39,242 nt of DNA from a virus, in IMG/VR virus record IMGVR_UViG_3300002091_000010, positions 1-39,242 of that record; one strand, 5' to 3'. Below are positions 31,101 through 39,242 of this stretch, piece by piece. The notes beneath the pieces are model-generated. The model had not been told where the DNA came from and ran no database searches. It saw only the letters and a program-made list of their open reading frames with translations. The first letter of the stretch is position 1. Each line of letters opens with the position of its first letter. The position numbers were made by a program, and so were the translations under genes.

Positions 31101-31682
31101 ATGGCAGAAAAACCAAAAGTTACAAGTTCAGCAGAAAAAGAACTAGACCGCATCGACAAAGATTTTAAAGAATTCGATGACAACGTTAAGAATTTGACTA
31201 TGGACCGTATGAATGCAGTTCCTAAAGCTGAAACAGCGCCTCAAGTGGATAGATCGCAAGCTGAACTTAGGAACACAAAAGATGTTTATCTAAAACCCAA
31301 TCGCACAATTTCTGTAAGAGACAAATTTAACGAAAAGTTTCGCGAATCATGGGAATATGACAAGCAATATGTACAATTTGAAGCAGAAAACCATGAGATT
31401 ATCGGCGAAACTATTGATATTTGGACACGTCCTTACGGTGGTGTAAGTGCTGAATACTGGCAAGTTCCAACAAATAAGCCTGTTTGGGGCCCAAGATACC
31501 TTGCTGAACAAATTAAACGTGCTTCATACCATCGTTTAAAGATGGAACAATCCGTAATTAACAGTAACGATCATGCTGGTTCTTATTATGGCCAAATGGC
31601 CGTAGACACAACTGTGCAGCGTTTGGATGCTAAGCCGGTTGTTAAGAAAACAAGCTTATTTATGGGAGCTAGAAACTTCTAA
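31101..31682 (+). CDS. Virion-associated hypothetical protein, 193 aa
   Basis: ORF track. TAGGTAAAAATG RBS context. Structural-module position. Confidence 0.55.
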   Translation: MAEKPKVTSSAEKELDRIDKDFKEFDDNVKNLTMDRMNAVPKAETAPQVDRSQAELRNTKDVYLKPNRTISVRDKFNEKFRESWEYDKQYVQFEAENHEIIGETIDIWTRPYGGVSAEYWQVPTNKPVWGPRYLAEQIKRASYHRLKMEQSVINSNDHAGSYYGQMAVDTTVQRLDAKPVVKKTSLFMGARNF

Positions 31683-32893
31683 TGAACTTATTGCAGGATT
31701 GCATAACATACGTAAGAAGAATTATAAAAAGCCCTTCAGATGCTTTGATAAGCGATAGTCTCATTATTGATTATATCAATCGGTTTTGGACAATCGACGT
31801 TGACGCTCGTATGCAGTTATTTGATTTAAAAACCAAATACTCATTTCAAACACAACCAGGCGTTGATAAATACAACATGCCTCTTTATGACGTCCAAATT
31901 TCCACGATAGAACCTACAATGCCAAATATAGGTTCGTATCCTGTATATCAAGGGTTTTTAGGTCCGGCTTACGTTAATGGCATTCCTGTAGCATTTCAAA
32001 CGCAAAAAGAATCGTTTTTCAATGCTTTCCCAAATGTTACTCAGTATAACCAAGCTGTTGCGCAAGGCGATGGAGGGAGCTCATATACCTTGCAAGTGCC
32101 TTTGCTTTCCTCCATCTTGCCAACGCCAAATAACCCCCCTTTTAATGCGCTTTTAAGAGGTCATGTAGATATATCCGGTATCGTAGCATTAGGTGCTAAT
32201 CAAGACCCTCCAATTCAAGATTCTGCAAGTGCTGCATCCTCAATTCAAAATGTTCCGGTTACAAGCGTGAGCGCAGCTGTCTTTATCACAAGCATTGACG
32301 CGAATGGCAACAATGTAATTGTGACCGATAGTGGCCAATTTCTAAATACGAATGTCAATTGTGGTCTATTGATGACTCCGGGCAATGCTCCTAACGGAAA
32401 TAGACCATTGACTCCTGATTATTCAGCTACTTCGAATATCGTTAACTACTTAACAGGTGAAATTTACGTTAAATTTCCTGTAAAAATCCCATTAGGTAAC
32501 AACATAAGCGTTCAATGCTACTTCTTTGCAGCAGGACTTCCTAGAGCAATACTTTTTTACAACAACACTCTCACCCTAAGAGTTCCCCCAGCAATGCAAT
32601 ATCTCGTTGAACTAGATGCTTATCTTTCACCTGCGGCGTTTCTTTCTTCTAGCTCAGCTATGCAATTTGGTTACATGACAGAGTATATTGCCCGGGGAGC
32701 TGCAAGAAAAATCTTGTCTGATACTGGAGATCAAGATCAATTTGCTTTTTATGAGCCTCTTTTTAGAGAGCAAGAAAACTTAGTGTGGAAGCGTAGCCAA
32801 AGACAATTTACAGCTACAAGAACACCTACTATTTATAGTCAAGGTCAACAAAATGGTCAAGGTAACAATATTCAAGGCGGAGGCATGTTTTGA
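31682..32893 (+). CDS. Structural protein, 403 aa (possible head-tail adaptor / tubular-protein-A analogue)
   Basis: Positional inference only (between capsid genes and the 1074-aa protein). TAATG coupling. Confidence 0.5.
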   Translation: MNLLQDCITYVRRIIKSPSDALISDSLIIDYINRFWTIDVDARMQLFDLKTKYSFQTQPGVDKYNMPLYDVQISTIEPTMPNIGSYPVYQGFLGPAYVNGIPVAFQTQKESFFNAFPNVTQYNQAVAQGDGGSSYTLQVPLLSSILPTPNNPPFNALLRGHVDISGIVALGANQDPPIQDSASAASSIQNVPVTSVSAAVFITSIDANGNNVIVTDSGQFLNTNVNCGLLMTPGNAPNGNRPLTPDYSATSNIVNYLTGEIYVKFPVKIPLGNNISVQCYFFAAGLPRAILFYNNTLTLRVPPAMQYLVELDAYLSPAAFLSSSSAMQFGYMTEYIARGAARKILSDTGDQDQFAFYEPLFREQENLVWKRSQRQFTATRTPTIYSQGQQNGQGNNIQGGGMF

Positions 32894-33495
32894 CAGCTTT
32901 TACATTTAATGCAGATATTCCAGCATCAACAAACAACCCATCGACAGATCAACCTAAAATGTTGTTAAATAATCAATCCGAGCTAGCTATATGGGGTGTA
33001 GATCATATCACTTTTAATACTGCTGGAAGTGGAACACATGAGCAAACAACATTTTTAAATTATGCAACGCCTGCAACGCCTGCAAATCAAGGCTCCGTTG
33101 CTTATCCAGCTGCCGGAATCGAAGACGCGCAAACAGCGGAATATTTTTTTAAGAACGCAAAAGCAACCTTACCTGTAAGCGCTGTACGCTCATTTGGTTC
33201 TTTTCTTACACCAGCGCCATCCCCTACTTATCCAAAACAAATAACGCCAATTACAGCATTTAATTTAACTGATATTGGCGCTAATCCAACAGGTATTCAG
33301 GAAACAGCTGGACAAACCTATACAATTACGTTGAAAGACGATGTAGTTTTTGGAAATGATATTGTGGTAATTCCTTTTATTAGATCTTCAACGGTAAGCA
33401 TCGTAAATTTTACCTTTACCAATCCAGTGCTAACTATAACTATATCAGCCGGTGTTGGCAATTTAAGAATTGACTTCCTTATACTTCAAATCTAA
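32890..33495 (+). CDS. Structural hypothetical protein, 201 aa (TTG start)
   Basis: GGCGGAGG RBS 9 nt before the TTG at 32890. No ATG until codon 24. Confidence 0.5.
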   Translation: MTAFTFNADIPASTNNPSTDQPKMLLNNQSELAIWGVDHITFNTAGSGTHEQTTFLNYATPATPANQGSVAYPAAGIEDAQTAEYFFKNAKATLPVSAVRSFGSFLTPAPSPTYPKQITPITAFNLTDIGANPTGIQETAGQTYTITLKDDVVFGNDIVVIPFIRSSTVSIVNFTFTNPVLTITISAGVGNLRIDFLILQI

Positions 33496-33501
33496 GGGAA
33501 T

Positions 33502-36500
33502 ATGGCAAATAAAATTGTTGTGGGTCCTATTCAAAGTGGTTTAACAACAAATAGAACCCCTTTTGCCATAGATAATGGCTCTTTTCCCGTCATGCAAAAT
33601 GCTTATCAATGGCGTGGCAGAATAAAGAGAAAAAGGGGAACTGTAGAACTTGGAAGATTGGAACGATATTTTGATTCCACATCAACTTCGTACAATTCAG
33701 GATCGACAACTTTTGCGCTTACCGGTGGTTATGGAAATATTTTAACAGGTTTTAATCTTCAATCTACTGGCAATATCATACCCGGTACGGTGACGATTAA
33801 CAATACCTCTAATGTCCAGGCCTACACAGATCCAGGCTTAGATGGCATTTTAGTAGGTAGTTCAGGCGGTTCGGGAACTATTAACTATAATTCTGGAGAA
33901 GCTTATATTTCCGGAGGTGGTGGCGATAGCATAAACGCTAAATTTAATTATTATCCCGATCTGCCTGTAATGGGAATTGAAGAATTTGTCAAAGATGCAA
34001 CCTCATTTCCAGGAACCATCGCTTTTGATACAAAGTATGCGTACAACATCCTTCAAACCTCACCAAATAATATTTATGACGTCAGCTTTTACAAAAATCC
34101 TCATACTGGAGCGTACACAAACTATGTTCAAAAAACACACCCAACACCAGTAAAATGGAACGGAGAGGACTACCAACAATTTTGGAGTGTAAATTATCAA
34201 GGTTCGATGTGGGCTACCAATGGTATTACCATTCATTTTGATCCTACAAAAATAGGAATGCAATACAAAGCGATCACAACCGTAGACAACATCACTACAA
34301 CAGCCGGAAACCCCCCTAGCACAGCCGATCTTACTATTACAGGGCATGGACTAGTCATCGGCGACTTTGTCTTTATAAACGAGGTGGTTACAACTACTGG
34401 CATAAATCTACAGACAGGATATGTTACGGCTGTCGTTAACGCCAATAAAGTAACGGTAACATTTCCAAATACTGTTATAGCAACAGCTGGAACTGGTGGG
34501 ATAGCACAATATCTAACAAGTACTGCAATAGCTAATAAAGATTGTCTTCGTTGGTATGATGGAGATCCAACGAATGGAAGCGCTACAAATCCTACTTTAA
34601 CAACAGATTTAGGATGGGTTAACTTTTGTCCTCCTATTTCTCAAGATAATTTTAGCGTTTCTAACTTGATAGCACAAAAATATTACCTTGTTGGCGCAAG
34701 GTTAATTATGCCCTTTAAGGATAGATTATTGTTTATCGGTCCTGTGGTACAAACTTCAGCAGCAGGATCTCAAGTTTATTTGCAAGACACTGTTATATTT
34801 AGCCAAAACGGAACCGCTTACTATACATCATCGTTTAAAGGAAATGCAGCTCTTCCCATCACCTTTAACCCTATTCTTGTTCCCATAAATCAAACAGGCA
34901 CTCCTAATTCCTATTGGGAAGACACTACAGGCTTTGGGGGCTATGTACAAGCAGGAATAGACCAGCCTATAACCACTGTAGCATCAAATGAAGACGTTTT
35001 AATAATGGGCCTTCGTAGTGTACAAACTAAATTTGTATACACGGGAAACGATGTTTTACCCTTTAACTTTTTCATTATTAACTCAGAGCTTGGCTCAGAT
35101 AGTTCCTTATCTACGATCAATATGGATGCAGGTGTAATGTCTCGAGGGACTAGAGGTTTTATCATAACTAACCAAGTAAAAGCCGAAAGGATAGATCTTA
35201 GCATTCCTGATAATGTTTTTCAGACAAAATATACCGATAATGGCCTTGAACGAATTACAGCGCAAAGAGACTTTATCAATGAATGGGTATACTTTACTTA
35301 TCCGGCTAATGGAATAGAGTATAAATTTCCGAATACTACCCTTCAATATAATTATAGGGATGATTCTTGGGCAACTTTCATTGAGTCCTACACCACGTAT
35401 GGGAGTTTTTATAAAATTACTGGATATACATGGGCTACTATTAGCGAAGAGTATCCTACATGGGAAGAATGGAACGTGCCTTGGTCTGCTGGGGCTTCAA
35501 CTTTGCTTCAACCTCAAGTAGTTGGTGGAAATCAGCAAGGTTTTATCATTTTAAGAGATCAAGGAACTTCAGAGGCTACCTCTTTGTATGTGGGTAATAT
35601 TTCATTTCCAGCAACCATAACAAATATTTCTCAAGCTAATCCGGCTGTTATAACAGCAAACAATACCTATGTGGTTGGTCAATCTTTGTTAATTTCTGAT
35701 GTGCCGGGAATGACCAAGATTAATGGATTAACTGTAATTATTACCGCTGTTACCCCAACAACAATTACAACCAATATAAATTCATCCGCATTTACCGCCT
35801 ATGGTGTTGGAACAGGATTAGCAACGCCTCCCCCTATTTACTCACCTAATCATAATTTAAACAGTGGCGACTACATTATTATTTCAGGTGCAATTGGCAC
35901 TTGCTCATATCTTGTAAACAACCGAATATTTAGCGTGCAGAACCCATCCACAAATGAGTTTGAGCTAAATCCTCCTATAGATGGAACAGGTACTTTTTAC
36001 GGGAATGCAGAAATTACAAGAATGTATGTCCCTTTTGTTCAATCAAAGCAGTTCACTACATTTTGGATGGATGCAAGAAAAGTTAGAATAGGTGCTCAGC
36101 AATATCTACTTACAAAAACACCTAACTCACAAATTCAGCTGCTTATCTATCTTAGCCAGGATGCAAACAACGCCTATAATAATGGACCTATTTATCCTAG
36201 CCTAAACTCTGAAAATGACTCAATTGTTTACAGCAGCATCCTTTATACATGTCCTGAAAGCACAAATTTAGGTTTGACTCCAGCGAACAACAATTTGCAA
36301 ATGGTAACAGGAATAAATCAATCCCAAATTTGGCATAGACAAAACACAAGCTTAATAGGTGATACTGTTCAAGTTGGATTTACCATGTCTGACGCACAAA
36401 TGAGATCATTCGAAGTAAATCCGGCAACTACAGCTATAACCGGAGCCTCGAAAGCAAATCCGTGCGTACTTACTTGTACAGGGGGATATTCCGCAGATAA

Positions 36501-36726
36501 ATTAATAAAAGTTGTTGGAATTGTCGGCATGACTCAACTTAATGGAAACATTTACAGCGTAATATCTTCAGATGCTACCACCGTTACAATAAATGTTGAC
36601 TCAACAAATTATTCTACTTACATCTCTGGTGGCTATGCTGCAACAGTAGCTCCAGCAAACCAGTTTGCTGAGATAGAGATTCATGGTTTTACTCTAGATA
36701 CTTACCCAAGCATGGTTCTTTCATGA
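33502..36726 (+). CDS. Large beta-rich tail protein, 1074 aa (nozzle / tubular-protein-B analogue) carrying four small beta-barrel modules
   Basis: Largest ORF. AAGGGA RBS. Modules at 34267-34467, 35611-35802, 35833-36003 and 36433-36633. The role is a positional inference. Confidence 0.6.
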   Translation: MANKIVVGPIQSGLTTNRTPFAIDNGSFPVMQNAYQWRGRIKRKRGTVELGRLERYFDSTSTSYNSGSTTFALTGGYGNILTGFNLQSTGNIIPGTVTINNTSNVQAYTDPGLDGILVGSSGGSGTINYNSGEAYISGGGGDSINAKFNYYPDLPVMGIEEFVKDATSFPGTIAFDTKYAYNILQTSPNNIYDVSFYKNPHTGAYTNYVQKTHPTPVKWNGEDYQQFWSVNYQGSMWATNGITIHFDPTKIGMQYKAITTVDNITTTAGNPPSTADLTITGHGLVIGDFVFINEVVTTTGINLQTGYVTAVVNANKVTVTFPNTVIATAGTGGIAQYLTSTAIANKDCLRWYDGDPTNGSATNPTLTTDLGWVNFCPPISQDNFSVSNLIAQKYYLVGARLIMPFKDRLLFIGPVVQTSAAGSQVYLQDTVIFSQNGTAYYTSSFKGNAALPITFNPILVPINQTGTPNSYWEDTTGFGGYVQAGIDQPITTVASNEDVLIMGLRSVQTKFVYTGNDVLPFNFFIINSELGSDSSLSTINMDAGVMSRGTRGFIITNQVKAERIDLSIPDNVFQTKYTDNGLERITAQRDFINEWVYFTYPANGIEYKFPNTTLQYNYRDDSWATFIESYTTYGSFYKITGYTWATISEEYPTWEEWNVPWSAGASTLLQPQVVGGNQQGFIILRDQGTSEATSLYVGNISFPATITNISQANPAVITANNTYVVGQSLLISDVPGMTKINGLTVIITAVTPTTITTNINSSAFTAYGVGTGLATPPPIYSPNHNLNSGDYIIISGAIGTCSYLVNNRIFSVQNPSTNEFELNPPIDGTGTFYGNAEITRMYVPFVQSKQFTTFWMDARKVRIGAQQYLLTKTPNSQIQLLIYLSQDANNAYNNGPIYPSLNSENDSIVYSSILYTCPESTNLGLTPANNNLQMVTGINQSQIWHRQNTSLIGDTVQVGFTMSDAQMRSFEVNPATTAITGASKANPCVLTCTGGYSADKLIKVVGIVGMTQLNGNIYSVISSDATTVTINVDSTNYSTYISGGYAATVAPANQFAEIEIHGFTLDTYPSMVLS

Positions 36727-37208
36727 GCAGTAATATTTCTAATCAAGCAAGTTACGTAAGAACTACAAGGCAATTTCCTGAAGATGACACCAAAAAGCTT
36801 TCCCAAGAGCTAAATAAAGCTTATTTAGATATAGCCAATTCTGTAAATACTAGAACAATTGGTCTTTATACCTATAATCAGCAAGTCGTGACAGGTGAAG
36901 AGTGGTATTTAACGAGCAAAAAACAGCAAACTTTTAGAAAATTGTTTATTTTAAATTCGTCAAGCGTTTCTACGCCAATCGATCATAATATCAAAAACTT
37001 AAGTAATTCAGGCGGGACAACCAGAATACACGGATCATTTTATGATGGAACTTACTATTATCCTTTACCTTACGTAGATGCCGTCTCTGCCACAAATCAA
37101 ATAAAAGTCAAAGTATCAGATACACAAATAATTTTGACAGCAGGAGCCGGGACGCCTCCAACTATTCAATCCGGATATTTGGTAATTGAATGGTTATCTC
37201 AAATTTAG
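36723..37208 (+). CDS. Structural hypothetical protein, 161 aa
   Basis: ATGA-coupled to the 1074-aa gene. Confidence 0.55.
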   Translation: MSSNISNQASYVRTTRQFPEDDTKKLSQELNKAYLDIANSVNTRTIGLYTYNQQVVTGEEWYLTSKKQQTFRKLFILNSSSVSTPIDHNIKNLSNSGGTTRIHGSFYDGTYYYPLPYVDAVSATNQIKVKVSDTQIILTAGAGTPPTIQSGYLVIEWLSQI

Positions 37209-37242
37209 ATTATGATATATTGCAGAAAAGCGAGGTGAAAAA

Positions 37243-37821
37243 ATGAGTTCAATGTCGGGCAATAGAGGTTATGGAGGTGATAGAATCCCTTCAGGATATA
37301 AAGCCGCGCAATTGCAAAATTTTACACCTCAAATGATGGGGCTTTTTGAACAGCTTATGGGGCAATTAGGGCCTGATAGCTATTTGTCAAAACTAGCTGG
37401 CGGAGATGAGCAAGCATATGCAGAAATGGAAGAACCAGCTTTAAGACAGTTTGCAGGGCAACAAGGTTCATTAGCTTCTCGATTCTCAGGCATGGGAACG
37501 GGAGGAAGAAAATCAAGTGGCTTTCAAAACACAGCAAATCAGGCGTCAGCTGATTTTGCAACACAAATGCAAGCTAATCGACATAACATTCGGCAAAAAG
37601 CAATAGGCGATCTTCAAGGATATGGAAGTTCTCTACTGCAACAGCGTCCTTATGATCGTGCTCTTGTACAAAAACAGCCTAAGCCGGGCATGGATTGGGG
37701 AAGTTTAGCGGCTCAAGGTGTAGGAACAGCTGTAGGAGCTTATTTAGGTGGTCCAGCTGGAGCAAAAGCAGGATCGCAAGGCGCAGATCTATTATGGCAA
37801 GCAGCTAATACGGGGGGTTAA
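37243..37821 (+). CDS. Internal virion protein candidate, 192 aa (Gly/Gln-rich, hydrophobic Gly-zipper C-terminus)
   Basis: GAGGTGAAAAAATG RBS. GVGTAVGAYLGGPAGAKAG. Confidence 0.55.
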   Translation: MSSMSGNRGYGGDRIPSGYKAAQLQNFTPQMMGLFEQLMGQLGPDSYLSKLAGGDEQAYAEMEEPALRQFAGQQGSLASRFSGMGTGGRKSSGFQNTANQASADFATQMQANRHNIRQKAIGDLQGYGSSLLQQRPYDRALVQKQPKPGMDWGSLAAQGVGTAVGAYLGGPAGAKAGSQGADLLWQAANTGG

Positions 37822-37822
37822 A

Positions 37823-39242
37823 ATGCCAATACAAGTTATAGAGGGAAGACCTCGCAGAGTTTCAGTAACTGAACAGCTATTGCATGGTGGATTAAGTGGA
37901 GGATTAAATGCGGTTCAGCAGCATCAAGAAAACACCGCGCTAAAAAATCGTGGCATTGACCTTGCTGGCGTGCGTGATCCGAATACTAGACAACAGATTA
38001 TAGCCCAAGAGCTTCAATATGGGCGGAATAGACGAATGGCTGAAGGTTCGCCGTCAATATTAGGTCAGGGAGAAGAAGGTCAAAATCAACCACAGATGGA
38101 CCCAGAGCGCAATAGAGATTTTGTAGAACAAGAAAGACCTCAGAGACAGCCGCTTCCTAAGTTTAATCAGAAGGCGGGTGCTCCTGTCTCAGAAAGAGAA
38201 CAGGGAGAATATTCTAATTTTCCACAAGAAGCTACTACAGGACAAAAAGAGCCTATTAAATCGCCTACACAAATAAAAAAAGAAGCGTTTGATCTTCATA
38301 GACAATCATTAAATACAGCCAATCCAATTTCTCAATCTGATGCGTTAGCTCATTTAGATTCTTTAAATGATCTAAATAGAAAACATAATCAAGATATAGA
38401 AGCCGAAAGAATAATTAGAGAAAACGCGCAAGAAAAATATGGTAATCAAGCAGATATAGCTCTACAAAAGGTTTTAGGGGAAAATCAAATACCTTCCGAT
38501 GAAATGCGAGGAATATTTCAGAAAGAAGCCGAAGAAGCAGCAAAATCCGGAATGAGTGCCGCAGATTTTACAAAACATATGGGAAAAAAAGTAACTCAAT
38601 TTTCTGATATGTTAGATAAAGCCAAAACAAGTCCAAAACCTGAAAGAATTCACAATAAATTTTACAATAAGATTATGGGCAACTCTCGTGACTCCGCTAA
38701 AATGAGAGAAGATATTAAATTTAAAGTACAACCATTATTAGATTTAGGTCTATTTGATGAGGCTAGAAATATTTTAGGAAATGATGTTGGTTATTATCCT
38801 GAGGAAGTAGAAAATATTATATCTTCCTTAGGCGAAAATTCTAAAAAAACAGTGGCAAAACTCCCCGAAATAAAAAAAATTGAACCAAGTTTTGGCCAAA
38901 GAGCTAAACAAATGGGCGGATCACTAGCAGCTTCAGTAATTGGCGGTCCTCTTGCAGGTGCGGCCGCAAACATTTTAGGTGAACCAGATGCATATTACAC
39001 TCCAATGCAAGAAATGGAAATACATGAAAATATTTCTGAAGCGTTAGCTAAGGATCCATCAGCTAATTTAATTTTATTAAGAAAAGCTTATGAAGATAAA
39101 GGTGTAGATTGGAACACTTTTCTTGATGGCGTTAATAAAGCAAGGCAACAAGGTGTTTTTGAACCTGACCCACAACAAGAAAATATGTTTGAAACTTTAA
39201 CATCCCCTCCTTTAAATGGTTTAGATTCGCTTCTTTATGGAT
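37823..39242 (+). CDS. Internal virion / ejection protein candidate. Runs off the window end and continues at 2-97 (479 aa in the circular molecule).
   Basis: ATG at 37823 after GGGGGG. The frame stays open to 39242 and remains in frame through the 77-nt overlap to the TAA at 95-97. Missing from the ORF track because there is no stop inside the window. Confidence 0.7.
   Translation, partial: MPIQVIEGRPRRVSVTEQLLHGGLSGGLNAVQQHQENTALKNRGIDLAGVRDPNTRQQIIAQELQYGRNRRMAEGSPSILGQGEEGQNQPQMDPERNRDFVEQERPQRQPLPKFNQKAGAPVSEREQGEYSNFPQEATTGQKEPIKSPTQIKKEAFDLHRQSLNTANPISQSDALAHLDSLNDLNRKHNQDIEAERIIRENAQEKYGNQADIALQKVLGENQIPSDEMRGIFQKEAEEAAKSGMSAADFTKHMGKKVTQFSDMLDKAKTSPKPERIHNKFYNKIMGNSRDSAKMREDIKFKVQPLLDLGLFDEARNILGNDVGYYPEEVENIISSLGENSKKTVAKLPEIKKIEPSFGQRAKQMGGSLAASVIGGPLAGAAANILGEPDAYYTPMQEMEIHENISEALAKDPSANLILLRKAYEDKGVDWNTFLDGVNKARQQGVFEPDPQQENMFETLTSPPLNGLDSLLYG
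39166..39242. repeat. Terminal direct repeat, copy 2 (identical to 1-77)
   Basis: Read directly. Confidence 0.95.

Noticed and set aside
1-39242. tRNA, rRNA or other structured RNA genes
   Set aside because: I scanned the intergenic regions longer than 60 nt (2304-2410, 14336-14463, 15065-15216, 18924-19081, 21446-21769, 24129-24247, 26982-27117, 28322-28540) by eye. No cloverleaf-compatible arrangement or conserved tRNA boxes (GTTCGAATC-like) were seen. A proper tRNAscan/Infernal run is still needed.

Overview
The window is a complete dsDNA tailed-phage genome, either circularly closed or terminally redundant. Nt 1-77 are identical to nt 39166-39242, so the unique length is 39165 nt, and one gene (37823 -> junction -> 97) spans the join.

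Late arm (+ strand, about 27 kb, 22205 -> junction -> 9990): small and large terminase, portal, scaffold and an HK97-type major capsid protein. These are followed by two capsid-associated paralogues, adaptor- and nozzle-like proteins (403 and 1074 aa) and three low-complexity ejection-protein candidates. The arm ends in an unusually large receptor-binding locus with five fibre-like genes. Two of them share an N-terminal anchor domain and two are tandem glycine-rich paralogues. No tape measure, tube or sheath gene is visible, so the layout looks podovirus-like.

Early region (about 12 kb, 9980-22144): divergent operons around a Cro-like switch region. It holds RecT plus a PD-(D/E)XK exonuclease, a winged-helix replication initiator with iteron-like repeats inside its own gene, SpoVG-like and RusA-like proteins, an SF2 helicase and many small ORFs.

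Accessory items:
- a minus-strand cassette with a GT92-like glycosyltransferase carrying an export signal;
- a ribbon-helix-helix (RHH) plus small membrane protein cassette antisense inside the late arm;
- an antisense 159-aa gene between portal and scaffold;
- an integrase-like protein that keeps only the N-terminal DNA-binding part.

I could not recognise a DNA or RNA polymerase, primase, complete integrase, endolysin, tRNA or CRISPR array. All functional calls rest on motif recognition by eye plus gene order. No database search was run.
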